Shown in pieces: positions 28,269 through 39,618 of a stretch of DNA of 64,000 nucleotides. How positions within the stretch are numbered: position 1 is the first letter of the stretch; the number at the start of each line of letters is the position of its first letter. Both the position numbers and the translations under genes were made by a program. The notes beneath the pieces were generated by a model, which saw only the letters and a program-made list of their open reading frames with translations, searched no databases and had not been told where the DNA came from. This DNA comes from an uncultured Elusimicrobia bacterium (lineage in GTDB: Bacteria > Elusimicrobiota > Elusimicrobia > 2-01-FULL-59-12). The stretch spans positions 1,088,001 to 1,152,000 of the forward strand of contig OY969767.1 in NCBI GenBank assembly GCA_963702895.1, read 5' to 3'.

Positions 28269-28934
28269 TCAGGATTTCTTCGTAATGCGGCGTGCCAGAC
28301 GCTCGGCGTGCCACAGGAAGAAGGAGCGCAGCGCGGTCAGGCTCAGCGGATCAATCATGCGAGGCAGCAACGTGACCCCTTTGACTTTAAAAAACGACAT
28401 CGCCAAACAGTAGTCGTCCAATTCCCTGTATTTGCGGCGTGCCTGAATGATCAGTTTCCGCAGCGGCATGTGCGTCTGATCGATTCGGTACACATCAACG
28501 AAATCCTTGGGTTCGGCACGCTCGGAAAGCGCCGAAAGTTTGTTGCAGGCAATATCGAGCAGATTGTCCAGGCGAACGCCTGCCGTCTCGAGGGTTTTTC
28601 TCACGGGTTTCAGGCGGCCGGGCATGTCGAGAGCGAAATCCATCTCGAGGCGCTTATAGCGAGGATGAATCAGGGCGCATTCAAAGAGGGTCTGGAATCG
28701 CCTGCCAAAGACGATGCGCGCGCCAAGCCGTCTGGCGATTTTTCTCACAATGGGGGGTACGCGGGCAACGGCCCCCGGGGTTTGAGTAAAAAAATCGAGG
28801 TCGTCGGAATAGCGGTGCTTCAGATAGAAGGCCGATAGGGCGGTGCCGCCTGTCAGGTAGAAATCACGCAACAAGGGTTCCCTTCCAAGGAGGCGAAGCG
28901 CATGTATTTGAAACGGCGTGAGAATGTCGCCCAT
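28269..28934 (-). CDS. AbiEii/AbiGii-type nucleotidyltransferase toxin
   Basis: FYLTGGTAL, HRYSDDLDFF, K..A...R...KDFVD. Confidence 0.88.
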   Translation of the reverse strand: MGDILTPFQIHALRLLGREPLLRDFYLTGGTALSAFYLKHRYSDDLDFFTQTPGAVARVPPIVRKIARRLGARIVFGRRFQTLFECALIHPRYKRLEMDFALDMPGRLKPVRKTLETAGVRLDNLLDIACNKLSALSERAEPKDFVDVYRIDQTHMPLRKLIIQARRKYRELDDYCLAMSFFKVKGVTLLPRMIDPLSLTALRSFFLWHAERLARRITKKS

Positions 28935-28942
28935 CGTTCGCT

Positions 28943-29158
28943 TCAACGGGAGCGCCCGAGATACCACGCCCAGAAAGAGCGAATGGAAAGAGGGAGATTG
29001 AGAACGGAAAAGTAGCGACGGATGGTCGGCAGCCCCAGCCCTCGGATGTCGCGATCTCCGCCGCGGACCAGGACACGAGCCACGTACCATCGACGAAATG
29101 CCTCGTCTGGCTTTGCGGGTACCGGATAATCCCAAACCAGGGCGGGATTGATTTTCAT
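28943..29158 (-). CDS. Small putative antitoxin (DUF6922-like)
   Basis: LVWDY...ARVL.RG...DI pattern, directly upstream of the AbiEii gene. Confidence 0.7.
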   Translation of the reverse strand: MKINPALVWDYPVPAKPDEAFRRWYVARVLVRGGDRDIRGLGLPTIRRYFSVLNLPLSIRSFWAWYLGRSR

Positions 29159-29252
29159 GGATGCTCATAGTGTAAACCGTCGCAGGAACCGGGTCAAGGA
29201 GTGTTTTCTCCAGGAGTGTTTTCTCTGGAAGCCCGCTGAAGTCCATGGTGAT

Positions 29253-30221
29253 ATGAAAATGGTATTCTCATCGCGCATCATGAACGGGCTCCTCCCCAGC
29301 GTCCTTCTGCTGCTCGCGATGCTCTTGGTCTTCGCCGCGGGGTCGCGGCTCTGCTCGCCCCGGCATTCCAGGATCGGCGGGATCGGCGCTGTCCTTCTGT
29401 TTGTCTTCCATCCTCTCCTTTATGCCGCACCCCTGGACGTGTCGCTTTGGGACTGCTTCTTCGTCATGCTCTTTACAAGCTCATGGCTGGCCCTGGAACA
29501 CTGGTCTCAGTTTATGCGGTCCTGGGTGTTGGCCGGTGTTTATGCGTTTGGATTATGGGTGGGGTCCGCCTATGTCTTGTGGATCCCCGTGGCCATGGTC
29601 CCTTGGGTCGTCCTGAGTCGAAGGCCGCGGCAGGCCATCGCGGGTTTTTTCATGATCTTCCTGGGGGGCATGTTCCTCTTTGGCCTCGGATGGCTCGCCA
29701 GCTATGCTCTCAACCCGCTCTTCGACCGGCCCCCCTTCACGCACTGGGTTCGGTGGCACGAACTACGATCGACGCCGATCGTCTCACTTCCCTGGGTCCT
29801 CTTGACTCTCGCGGCGCTCCTGGACCAGGCTCGGGACACGATTCAAGAGCGGCGCGCGGATGCGGTCGCCTACATGGCCATTTTGTGTTCGATCACGGTC
29901 CTTTTCGGACCGCCTGCGCTGCAGGTTGGCGTGGTGGCCCTGTCTTGTATCCTCATTGTTCGTATGTTGGCCAAGCGCGAATTCTTGCTTCAAAGGGCTG
30001 TCCGTCGAACGGCGGTGATTTCGGCCCTGATGGTGGTTGGCGTCTCTGCGCTGTGGCCTGGCGAGTTGTGGGTGTTCATCGCGATGCTAAGCGCAGCGGG
30101 GGCGGCCCAACGCTTCCACCGGAGCGCCACCTTCACCTGGCGACTGGCGCTTGAGGCCGCCTGCGTGGGCGCCTATCTCGCTCGTCCTATCGGAAGCCTC
30201 CTCGTACACGCCCTGCATTAG
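29253..30221 (+). CDS. Multi-pass membrane protein of unknown function
   Basis: Roughly 10 hydrophobic segments; start uncertain. Confidence 0.7.
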   Translation: MKMVFSSRIMNGLLPSVLLLLAMLLVFAAGSRLCSPRHSRIGGIGAVLLFVFHPLLYAAPLDVSLWDCFFVMLFTSSWLALEHWSQFMRSWVLAGVYAFGLWVGSAYVLWIPVAMVPWVVLSRRPRQAIAGFFMIFLGGMFLFGLGWLASYALNPLFDRPPFTHWVRWHELRSTPIVSLPWVLLTLAALLDQARDTIQERRADAVAYMAILCSITVLFGPPALQVGVVALSCILIVRMLAKREFLLQRAVRRTAVISALMVVGVSALWPGELWVFIAMLSAAGAAQRFHRSATFTWRLALEAACVGAYLARPIGSLLVHALH

Positions 30222-30242
30222 CCGGAAATGTTCAGTTATGCC

Positions 30243-30324
30243 GTCACCCCGGCGGTCGTCAGCCGGGGTCTATCATCGACGTAAAAGACATGATGGATCC
30301 CGGCTAACAACACGCCGGGATGAC
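30243..30324. repeat. REP-like inverted pair
   Basis: GTCACCCCGGC..GCCGGGGTCTA ... TGGATCCCGGC..GCCGGGATGAC between convergent genes. Confidence 0.75.
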
Positions 30325-30413
30325 GGCACAAAAAAGTCCCGACGTCTCACTCTGCAAATCACATGCAACAGAACTTTTCCGGCTAGCCCAAAATCTTAAG
30401 TTGCCCATCATCT

Positions 30414-30446
30414 CCCTCTCCCGCCTCACGGCGGGCGAGGGGACAA
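30414..30446. repeat. REP-like hairpin (uninterrupted IS110 target family copy)
   Basis: CCCTCTCCCGCCTCACGGCGGGCGAGGGGACAA, near-identical to 38708-38738. Confidence 0.8.
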
Positions 30447-30475
30447 TCATGTCTGGACATCTACGAAAGTCAGCA

Positions 30476-32116
30476 CTAAGAATAGAAGGGAGCGCGCGCG
30501 ATCGGCATCCGCCTTCCGGTCCCAAACGCTTTGTTGCTGATCCGGAGTCCCGGAGGGGCTTGCCGTCGCTTGTATTCACTCGCATCGATGGCCTTTAAGA
30601 TCTTTTGGACGAGGCTTTTGGCGTATCCCCGGGCAGCGATCTCGTTCACGTCCAGCCCTTCTTCGACATAGGCTTCCACGATGGGGTCGAGCACCTCGTA
30701 GGGCGGCAGGCTGTCCTGGTCGGTTTGATGGGGACGCAGTTCCGCCGAAGGCGGCTTCGTAAAACAGGCTTCCGGGATCCGCTGGCCGCTGCGATTGAGG
30801 TAGCGTCCCAGCCGGTAGACCGTGGTCTTGAGCACGTCCGAGATCACCGCGAGCCCGCCATTCATGTCGCCATAGAGGGTGCAGTAGCCCATGGAGAGCT
30901 CTGATTTATTGCCGGTCGTCAAAAGCAGCATCCCAAATTTGTTGGACAAGGCCATGAGCATCGTCCCACGGATGCGCGCCTGCAGGTTTTCCTCCGCGAC
31001 GTTAGGCTTGGCGCCAAGGAAGGCGGGCCTGAGCGACTTCAGGAAGGTGGAAAAGACGGCGTGGATGGGAAGGCTCAGCGTCCGAATTCCCAGGCTCTTC
31101 GCCAGCTGAAGCGAGTCGACGACGCTCCCTTTCGAGGAATAGGGAGACGGCATGAGCACTCCCAGGACGTTACGGCTGCCCAGGGCTTCGACGGCGAGCG
31201 CGGCGGTGACGCTCGAATCAATGCCTCCGCTCAAGCCGAGAAGGACCTTTCTGAAACCGCATTTTCTGGCGTAATCGCGCAGTCCCAGAACAAGGGCATC
31301 GTGGACATCCTGAATGCTGGGCGGGAAATCGGGGTCCGCGTTCCGAGCGCAAGCCTTCGTGTCGATCACGGGGAGGTCCTCCGCGAAGGCTTTGGCCTGG
31401 GCCAGGAGGTTGCCTCGAGGGTCGACGGCGAAGCTGCGTCCGTCAAAAATCAATTCGTCGTTGCCTCCCACTTGGTTCACGAAGAAAAAGGGCTTCTTGA
31501 ATTTCGCGACATGGTGTCGGACCAGTTCCAGCCGGAGCCTTGATTTGTCATGGTGGAAAGGAGAGCAGGACAGGTTGATAAACAAATCCACTCCCTTGCG
31601 AGCAAGGGCCGCGACAGGGTCCTGCGGGTAGCGCGTCTGAGGCCAAAGGCTCGGGACATGCCACATGTCTTCACAGATCTGCACGCCGAGACGGACACCC
31701 CGGAAGAAGATCGGTTCGTGGCTTTCGGCCGGAGCGAAATAGCGTGATTCATCAAAAACATCATAAGCGGGAAGCAGGGTCTTAAAGCGTTTCGCGAGAA
31801 TTTTCCCGTTCGACAAGAGGGCGGCCGCGTTGTAAAGGACCTTTTTGCCTGGGCGATTGTTCGTATCGACATAGCCGACGAGAACGGCCGGATGACGAAC
31901 GACTTTGGCGAGGTCCTCAAGCGCTTCGAGGTTCTCTTGAATGAAGCTTTTGAGTTCGAGCAAGTCCCGTGGGGGATACCCCGTGATGCAAAGCTCGGGA
32001 CAAACCACAAGATCCGCGCCCTTTTTTTGGGCCTGGGCGAGCGCGGCGCGAATTTTGCGAACATTGCCCTGAATATCTCCCACCACAGGGTTGATTTGGG
32101 CGAGCGCGATCTTCAT
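30476..32116 (-). CDS. nadE: Glutamine-dependent NAD+ synthetase
   Basis: KIALAQIN, PEL..TGYPP.DL, ICED.W, GLSGGIDS, ENLQARIRG, TGNKSE, PPSAEL. Confidence 0.96.
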   Translation of the reverse strand: MKIALAQINPVVGDIQGNVRKIRAALAQAQKKGADLVVCPELCITGYPPRDLLELKSFIQENLEALEDLAKVVRHPAVLVGYVDTNNRPGKKVLYNAAALLSNGKILAKRFKTLLPAYDVFDESRYFAPAESHEPIFFRGVRLGVQICEDMWHVPSLWPQTRYPQDPVAALARKGVDLFINLSCSPFHHDKSRLRLELVRHHVAKFKKPFFFVNQVGGNDELIFDGRSFAVDPRGNLLAQAKAFAEDLPVIDTKACARNADPDFPPSIQDVHDALVLGLRDYARKCGFRKVLLGLSGGIDSSVTAALAVEALGSRNVLGVLMPSPYSSKGSVVDSLQLAKSLGIRTLSLPIHAVFSTFLKSLRPAFLGAKPNVAEENLQARIRGTMLMALSNKFGMLLLTTGNKSELSMGYCTLYGDMNGGLAVISDVLKTTVYRLGRYLNRSGQRIPEACFTKPPSAELRPHQTDQDSLPPYEVLDPIVEAYVEEGLDVNEIAARGYAKSLVQKILKAIDASEYKRRQAPPGLRISNKAFGTGRRMPIARAPFYS

Positions 32117-32193
32117 AAAGGGATGAGCCATTGTACATGTATCGAAATCAAAATTTCTATTGCAATGACGCGCAGTTTCCGATAGAAAATATC

Positions 32194-33879
32194 GTGCGTT
32201 ATTGGATCTGGTGGAACGACTTGCCTCAGGGGCCGTTCGAAATTGATGAGCTCACGTCCCTGAACGCTTTCTGTGAAGACATGCTGGTCTGCATGGAAGG
32301 CCGCCTGGAATGGATTCCTGCGGGTCGCGTGGCGGACCTCTCTTCCGCGATTGAGCAGGTGCGGGCCAAGCGCACAGCCCCCAAAGCTCCCCCTCCTTCA
32401 CCGCCGAGGCGGCCTCCGATTGCGACCCCGCTGCAGGGTGAATTCTTCGGCGAAGCGCCAGCTCAGCAGTATCTCCTCAAACCGGACGATCAAGAGCGCG
32501 GTCCTTATGCGTTTTATCCTGTTACGAGTGAGCCATCGGAAGATGGCTGGGCCTATCGCTATCCTGGCGTGACCATGCCGATCCATTTTGCCCGACAGCC
32601 ATCCGCCGCTCCGGCGGTGCTCGATCTCCCTCATCCCGCGCCCGCTCCTGAGCGTATAACGGTTGTGCCCGTGCCGATCATCAAGGAGTCCCCGGCGCCT
32701 AAGATCGCGGAAGTTCAGCCCGTTCCGAAAAAGGAGAATCTCAAAACGCCGATTCCATTAAGCGTGGTCGAGACGACCCCCGAGCCTCGAGCGGTGCAAG
32801 AATCGCCCGTTTTTGTTCTCCCGCCATCCCAAGCTCCAACCTTCGATGAGCCCAGGCCGCAAGAAAAGAGAATCCGATGGGCACTCTGGGTTCTCACCCC
32901 GGTACTTGCGCTGGGGGCCCTCGGAGGGCTGGCCTACTACATGGACCGTGCGACGTCCGAGGAGGCGATTGAAGAAACCCTTCGGGAGCGCGAGACCAGA
33001 CCCCCGATTCCGGCCGTGATCCCCACGGTTCCTGCACCCCCGCCGAGTCCGACCAAGAAGGCGGCACCCGTGGTCGTGCGTCCTTCCCAGAAGCCGCGTA
33101 AGGCCACCGCCCGGAAGGTGAAAGCTGTCCCGCCTCCGCCGGTCAAGACAGCCACACCGGTTTCTGCGCCGGCTGTCCAAGCGCCTGTCGTGGCGCCCGC
33201 CCCGCCCTTGCCAGGCGTCGCGGCAAGTCCGCCGGTCGAAGAAGCGAAAGTGGCCCCTGATCTTTGGGCGGAGCGTCAGAATGACGCCATCGAGACCGTC
33301 ATGAATAAATCCATTCCGGGAAGCAAAACCTCCATCAAAGCTCAAGCGCGCGCGATGCTGGACGCCATGCATCAGCGGGAGCTTCTGCACGCCGCAAAAA
33401 CGGGCGAACGACTTTATTTGCCGGACAAGATTTCCTGGGCCGCCCTGCGCGAGGAGGGCAGCCAGTACCGGGTGTATCTCAACTTCATGGCTTGGCAGGC
33501 CGGCGGCGAGCGCGTCCAGGCGCGCTCTTATCAGTTTCGTGTCGATCTGAAGAACAAGAACATCCGGCCTGAGGATGCTTCCACGTTCCAGGACCTCTTC
33601 CAGCCGTCGCCGGACTTGAATCTTAAGCACGATCCCATGGCCCTTGATATCGAGTCGATCCTGGGCGGCGTGGACCATTTCAATAAGCAACGAATGCGCG
33701 CGATCATCGTGAAAAACAGCCGGAAAAACAAAACGGAATACTCGGACATTATGAGCTCGCTCTCAGCGGCCAAAGACAAGATCCACCGGGCTGCCGCGTT
33801 CTTCCGTAAGACTTATTCGGATGAGGCCTTGCGCAATGTCGCCAAGGCCTACCAATTCACGGAACTGCTCAAGGGCTGA
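32194..33879 (+). CDS. GYF_2/DUF4339-like N-terminal domain membrane protein with Pro-rich linkers
   Basis: RYWI....QGPF...EL.......LVC.EG...W..A; central TM; GTG start inferred. Confidence 0.75.
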   Translation: MRYWIWWNDLPQGPFEIDELTSLNAFCEDMLVCMEGRLEWIPAGRVADLSSAIEQVRAKRTAPKAPPPSPPRRPPIATPLQGEFFGEAPAQQYLLKPDDQERGPYAFYPVTSEPSEDGWAYRYPGVTMPIHFARQPSAAPAVLDLPHPAPAPERITVVPVPIIKESPAPKIAEVQPVPKKENLKTPIPLSVVETTPEPRAVQESPVFVLPPSQAPTFDEPRPQEKRIRWALWVLTPVLALGALGGLAYYMDRATSEEAIEETLRERETRPPIPAVIPTVPAPPPSPTKKAAPVVVRPSQKPRKATARKVKAVPPPPVKTATPVSAPAVQAPVVAPAPPLPGVAASPPVEEAKVAPDLWAERQNDAIETVMNKSIPGSKTSIKAQARAMLDAMHQRELLHAAKTGERLYLPDKISWAALREEGSQYRVYLNFMAWQAGGERVQARSYQFRVDLKNKNIRPEDASTFQDLFQPSPDLNLKHDPMALDIESILGGVDHFNKQRMRAIIVKNSRKNKTEYSDIMSSLSAAKDKIHRAAAFFRKTYSDEALRNVAKAYQFTELLKG

Positions 33880-33880
33880 A

Positions 33881-35029
33881 ATGGCACGCTACTGGATGTA
33901 TCTGGAAGATCATGTGGAAGGCCCTTTTGCCGTCGAGCAACTCATTCGTCAGCGTGGGTTCTCGCGTCAGACGCTCGTGTGTGTCGAAGACGCCTCCGGA
34001 CAGCCGCAGAACTGGATCTCCCCCGCGGACATTCCTGAGCTTGCTCATATCTTTAAAGCGATCGATGAACACGCCGCGGACGTGCTCCCTTCATCGCCCA
34101 AAGCATCCACGAAAAAACTGCCGCAGGCGCGTCGGCCGTTTACGCCCGCGGTCACTCTGAAACGATCCAGCCGGTTTAACGCCGTCTTCTGGGGATGGGT
34201 CACCCTCTTGGTGCTCTTGGCTGGAGGCGGCGGTATCACCTGGCTGGTCCAATCTCGCCGTGTCGCGGAACTCGAGGAGCAGCAGCACGTCAAGCGTCTC
34301 ATTGAAAATGTTCGTCTGTCGGGTTCCAGTTCCTATGGGACCCTGGGCCAGTATCTGCAGGAAAAAGTCATGGACCCGCGTTGGGAATTTGAAGAGAAGG
34401 TTGAAGGCCTCTACAGGGCCTCCGTGTCCTGGTATGGCCAAGGGCCCGCTGGGGCCGCGAGAAGTCTTGAGGTTTATGCGTTCGAAGTGAACACGCAGGC
34501 GCAGATCGTGCGGGCCCTGAACAGTGCTGCCGCGAAGCTGATTTCCGGGTCGCTCGCCGGCCCTCCCGGTACCAGCAGCCCCAAGAAAGCATCGAAAGTC
34601 CAGCCGCCTCCTTCGTTCGAGGAGGCAATCGACCGTCAATTGGACGCCTTGAGCGCGGGTGATTATCAGACCGTTTGGGACAGTTTCAGCAAGCGCAAGA
34701 AAGCGGAGATGCTCCGCGCCGGCATGAGTCGGGAAGGGTTTATTCGCCTTCAGACGCTGACACACCGGCTCGAGTCGGGTGCCCGTACGTCACTGATCAA
34801 GACCAAAGAAGAATCTGCCGCCGAACGCCTGGTCCTGCTCAAAGAGAGCTCTCCGGGGAGAGCCGATATCTTTATCAAACAGCTTTGGGTCATGGATGGG
34901 GGCGATTGGAAGCTCGATGATGAGCAAAAACGCAGCGCTGTGCCCACAGAACCGACGGAAGTGAGCACGCCCACCCCTGTTCAGAAGGAGCCCGCCACGC
35001 GCGTCCTCCTGCCGGGGATGTCGAATTAA
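33881..35029 (+). CDS. Second GYF_2-like domain membrane protein
   Basis: MARYWMY....EGPF..EQL.....F...TLVC....W; single TM. Confidence 0.75.
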   Translation: MARYWMYLEDHVEGPFAVEQLIRQRGFSRQTLVCVEDASGQPQNWISPADIPELAHIFKAIDEHAADVLPSSPKASTKKLPQARRPFTPAVTLKRSSRFNAVFWGWVTLLVLLAGGGGITWLVQSRRVAELEEQQHVKRLIENVRLSGSSSYGTLGQYLQEKVMDPRWEFEEKVEGLYRASVSWYGQGPAGAARSLEVYAFEVNTQAQIVRALNSAAAKLISGSLAGPPGTSSPKKASKVQPPPSFEEAIDRQLDALSAGDYQTVWDSFSKRKKAEMLRAGMSREGFIRLQTLTHRLESGARTSLIKTKEESAAERLVLLKESSPGRADIFIKQLWVMDGGDWKLDDEQKRSAVPTEPTEVSTPTPVQKEPATRVLLPGMSN

Positions 35030-35042
35030 CTTCTCCACCAAA

Positions 35043-36461
35043 ATGCGGTATGATTCCTCCGTGCGACCCCCACCGGTCCTCATGAAGATCAAACCTTTTT
35101 TTCAAAGCATCCTGGAAAGGAAACGCCCCTATGCCGAGGCGGTCGGCCGGTTTTGGGATGCGCTCCGCATTCAAGCGAAGCTCTCGGTGATCTTGACCGG
35201 CATGATCCTCATCCTGACTTCCTTTTTCTATGCGTTTGCGTTGTACCAGACGACCCGGGAGATCAAGATCAGCGCCATCCACAAGGGCGAGGCTGTCGCG
35301 GAAGCCTTAAAGGATGAGGTGGCTTATGTCCTTTTGTCTGGCAACTTTCCTGCCCTCAATTATTCTTTCAAACGCCTGTCCTCCACGCGTCATGATATCG
35401 CCTATGTTTATCTGCTCAACCCCAACGGTCGGATCCTCTCCCACTCGGATGCGAACTATCTAGGTCGGTCTTTCAAAGACCGTGCGATTCAAGAGAGCCT
35501 TCTTGATCCGAATACGCGAGTGAGATTCCAGCGGACGAGGTCCACCCCCGACGGACGGTTGGTGGATCTCTGTGATGTTTCCGTGCCGATCTACTCGCGC
35601 GGACATCGTTCAGGGACCTTGCACATCGGTCTTTCCTTGAGCCAATCCCTGGCCGCCAACGCGCCGCGTATCCGGGCGAAAATCGCTTGGTTTATTATTC
35701 CCTTTTCATTCTTTGCGGTGCTTCTGGCCATACGCCTGGCGCACTCCTTCACGAAACCGCTGCAGGAGTTGGCCCGCGGTGCGACGGAGGTGAGCAAGGG
35801 CAACTACGCCGTGAAGCTGTCCCTGGAACGAAAAGATGAGCTGGGAGAAGTGGCTCAAGCTTTTAACACCATGGCGGCCAACCTGAAAGAAAACTTTGAC
35901 AAGGTTTCGGATATGGCCAACCGCGATGGGTTGACCGGCCTCTATAATTCAAGGTTCTTCCGAGAGGCGCTGGCGCGAGAGCTTGAGCGTGTTAAACGAA
36001 CGAGCCGCCCCTTCTCACTTTTGCTCATGGACGGAGACAAGTTTAAGCGGATCAATGACCGCTATGGCCACCCCACAGGGGACCTGGTCCTGCAACACAT
36101 CAGCCGGGTCGCGCGCTCGGTGCTGCGCGGGTACGATACCCTCGCGCGCTACGGCGGCGAAGAGTTTATTGCGATGCTGCCAGACGCGACGGGTTCACAG
36201 GCCCTCCTTTTGGCTGAGCGTCTGCGCCAGGCCATCGAACACAAGCCGCTCGTGACAGAAAACGGTACGATGATTCGTCTCACCATCAGCATCGGTGTGG
36301 CACAGGCGAGGGCCCCCTACGAAGGCAAGGAGCTCATCACCCAGGCCGATCAAGCCCTCTATCGGGCCAAAGAGTCTGGTCGGAACCGGGTCCTCCTTTA
36401 TAAGGCGATCGACCGTCAGGAGTCTCTTCCGTCCAAATCCCCGGTTCAGACTTATCTATAA
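35043..36461 (+). CDS. Membrane diguanylate cyclase (sensor-HAMP-GGDEF)
   Basis: Two TMs, HAMP (DELGEVA.AFN.M), DGLTGLYN, RGYD I-site, RYGGEEF; start uncertain. Confidence 0.93.
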   Translation: MRYDSSVRPPPVLMKIKPFFQSILERKRPYAEAVGRFWDALRIQAKLSVILTGMILILTSFFYAFALYQTTREIKISAIHKGEAVAEALKDEVAYVLLSGNFPALNYSFKRLSSTRHDIAYVYLLNPNGRILSHSDANYLGRSFKDRAIQESLLDPNTRVRFQRTRSTPDGRLVDLCDVSVPIYSRGHRSGTLHIGLSLSQSLAANAPRIRAKIAWFIIPFSFFAVLLAIRLAHSFTKPLQELARGATEVSKGNYAVKLSLERKDELGEVAQAFNTMAANLKENFDKVSDMANRDGLTGLYNSRFFREALARELERVKRTSRPFSLLLMDGDKFKRINDRYGHPTGDLVLQHISRVARSVLRGYDTLARYGGEEFIAMLPDATGSQALLLAERLRQAIEHKPLVTENGTMIRLTISIGVAQARAPYEGKELITQADQALYRAKESGRNRVLLYKAIDRQESLPSKSPVQTYL

Positions 36462-36502
36462 AATGTATTGAAATCTGCGGTCCTACGGCTATGCTAGAAG
36501 CA

Positions 36503-37372
36503 ATGAGAGATCACTTGATGGTTCGTAAAGGATTTTTGGTCGGCGCCCTCCTCGGGTTCTCGGTCGCAGGCTCTTTGCTTTGGGGAATACCCGCCGTGGC
36601 GACGTTTTTCCCCCACCCTGAAACGGACCCTGTGATTCCTGGCTCTTCGATGATGCCCGTGGTACGGGACGCGATGCCGCCGGAGCTCATCTGGTTTTTC
36701 ATTCAGTACCCCTATCTTTCGGCACAGAGCACATGGCGCGCCAAAAACCATCATACGTTCATCATTTCCGACAGCCAGAGGCAAAAGGAGTATGTGGTGA
36801 ACTTGGGGCAGCGTTATCGGAGGGTCGAGATTTACAGCAAGGGGTCTAAAAAAACCCAAATCCACATCTATAAACCCGGTTCCCGGCGCACGGTCCTTCT
36901 CTCGGACGGACTCATCGCCAGCGACGGATCGAGCGTCGAATCCAACCTGTGGATGTGGAAGTCTCCCTTATGGAACAGGCGCCATCTTCAGATCTACAGC
37001 CAAGCCGACCGATGGCTGGATTCCCCCTTTAAACGCTATTCCTGCGCGGGTTTTGTGCACCGCTTTTTAAAAGACGCCCAAGTCCGTGTGCCTGTGCTTG
37101 ACGCGTGGGACATGGCACGACTTCCATGGGTGCGGGTGCCGGTCCAGGAGCTTGAACCCGGCGATATCATCACGCTCAAGGCCGCGTCTGCTCAACACCG
37201 CCGCTTTTGGGGCCACAGCGTGACCCATGTCGGCGTCTACGTCGGAAACGGAAAATTCATCCACGCGGCGACCCCTTCCCGAAAATCCAAGCGTTCCTGG
37301 ATCCGGGTCGCCGAGCTCCAGGACTTCCACCGTCGCCTTGACAAGATCATTCGCCCCCCCGACCTCCTCTAA
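36503..37372 (+). CDS. NlpC/P60 family cell-wall peptidase
   Basis: SCAGFV, LEPGD, HVGVYVGNGKFIHA; N-terminal hydrophobic anchor. Confidence 0.85.
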   Translation: MRDHLMVRKGFLVGALLGFSVAGSLLWGIPAVATFFPHPETDPVIPGSSMMPVVRDAMPPELIWFFIQYPYLSAQSTWRAKNHHTFIISDSQRQKEYVVNLGQRYRRVEIYSKGSKKTQIHIYKPGSRRTVLLSDGLIASDGSSVESNLWMWKSPLWNRRHLQIYSQADRWLDSPFKRYSCAGFVHRFLKDAQVRVPVLDAWDMARLPWVRVPVQELEPGDIITLKAASAQHRRFWGHSVTHVGVYVGNGKFIHAATPSRKSKRSWIRVAELQDFHRRLDKIIRPPDLL

Positions 37373-37393
37373 AAACAAACGGCGTACGGCGAA

Positions 37394-37430
37394 AATAGAG
37401 AATAGACAATAGCTCTATTCTCTATTGTCT
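37394..37430. repeat. 7-mer inverted tandem repeat hairpin
   Basis: AATAGAG AATAGAC AATAG / CTCTATT CTCTATT GTCT. Confidence 0.7.
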
Positions 37431-37500
37431 ACGTTAGCCCTAAATCTTTGGTTCGGCGTAACCCCCTCGCCCGGCGTAAGACGGGAGAGGGCGGGGGTGA

Positions 37501-38682
<1,182 letters not shown>

Positions 38683-38788
38683 AAGACCCCTATTGACAAC
38701 ACAGTTGCTCTCCCGCCTCACGGCGGGAGAGGGGACAAGAAAGTGCGGCCGATTCAGACGGCAGGACCTCGCCAACGGAAGATTGGGG

Positions 38789-39202
38789 TTAGCCGTTGGG
38801 TTTATGGGCGATGACGCGCAGGGAAATCGCTTTAAGCAATTTGTCGTTGGCAAGAATTTCGATGGAATAATGGCCTTCCGAGGCAAACGGAACGTTAAAG
38901 AAACGAAGGGGAAGCATGACCGCCTGTTTCCAGCCAGCGGGAGACCCGGGGGCCTTGGGAACTTTGAGCTCACCCTTGGCGGACGCGATGTGCTTGCCAT
39001 CTGCGTCTAAGAGAAGGATCTGGAGCTCATGTCTGCGGTCCAAATCGTTCGGGCTCAGCAGCAGCCGCACCACCACCGCCAACGCGGGGTGCGTGGCCGG
39101 GCATGACGCGACGTTGATGGTGTCAAAGGCCCCCCCCAAGACAAAAAGTTTTCCCATCGCCACATCCGCGGCATCGGCAAGAAAAGCGAAATCAAGTTCC
39201 AT
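38789..39202 (-). CDS. Hypothetical protein (DUF6941-like)
   Basis: FAFLAD.A....GKL.VLG..FD.I, F..EG.Y pattern. Confidence 0.7.
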   Translation of the reverse strand: MELDFAFLADAADVAMGKLFVLGGAFDTINVASCPATHPALAVVVRLLLSPNDLDRRHELQILLLDADGKHIASAKGELKVPKAPGSPAGWKQAVMLPLRFFNVPFASEGHYSIEILANDKLLKAISLRVIAHKPNG

Positions 39203-39618
39203 TAGAGAGGGACTCGTTTCTTCGGTCGTGTGTCGGGGATGGGCCGAGCGTCTTCCGGGATGTTCGGGTGGCGATCATGAAAGCGCTGGTGCATCTTTTC
39301 AAAGGTCGTCAGCTGCTCGGGTGAAAGGATCGCCCGAATCCCCTTGATCGTCTTCCGATGGAGGAGCGCCAGTTCCCAAGCCACCTCTTCATTGAGCCGT
39401 CGTGTCTGAGCGTTGGTCTCTTCGAGAGTCTGCCGGAGGGACTTCTCCTGTTCAGGCGACAGACCGAGCTTCGCCGACATTCTTTGAATCCGCCGCTCGG
39501 AGTAAGTCGATGAGGAAGAGCCAAAAGGACGGTGATGCCGCCGAGGAAAGAGAGACCCGGCAAGAACGCCGACCCCCAACATGATCAGGAGCATCACGAT
39601 CGCTTTTGCTTTACCCAT
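39202..39618 (-). CDS. Spy/CpxP-like periplasmic helical protein
   Basis: N-terminal TM, LGLSPEQ and ILSPEQ (LTxxQ-like) motifs; in ECF cluster. Confidence 0.7.
   Translation of the reverse strand: MGKAKAIVMLLIMLGVGVLAGSLFPRRHHRPFGSSSSTYSERRIQRMSAKLGLSPEQEKSLRQTLEETNAQTRRLNEEVAWELALLHRKTIKGIRAILSPEQLTTFEKMHQRFHDRHPNIPEDARPIPDTRPKKRVPL

Noticed and set aside
26640..28838. 732-aa plus-strand ORF and similar long ORFs (1963-3126, 6673-7770, 25499-26839, 61092-62189)
   Set aside because: Antisense shadows of well-supported genes in GC-rich DNA, with no recognisable motifs.
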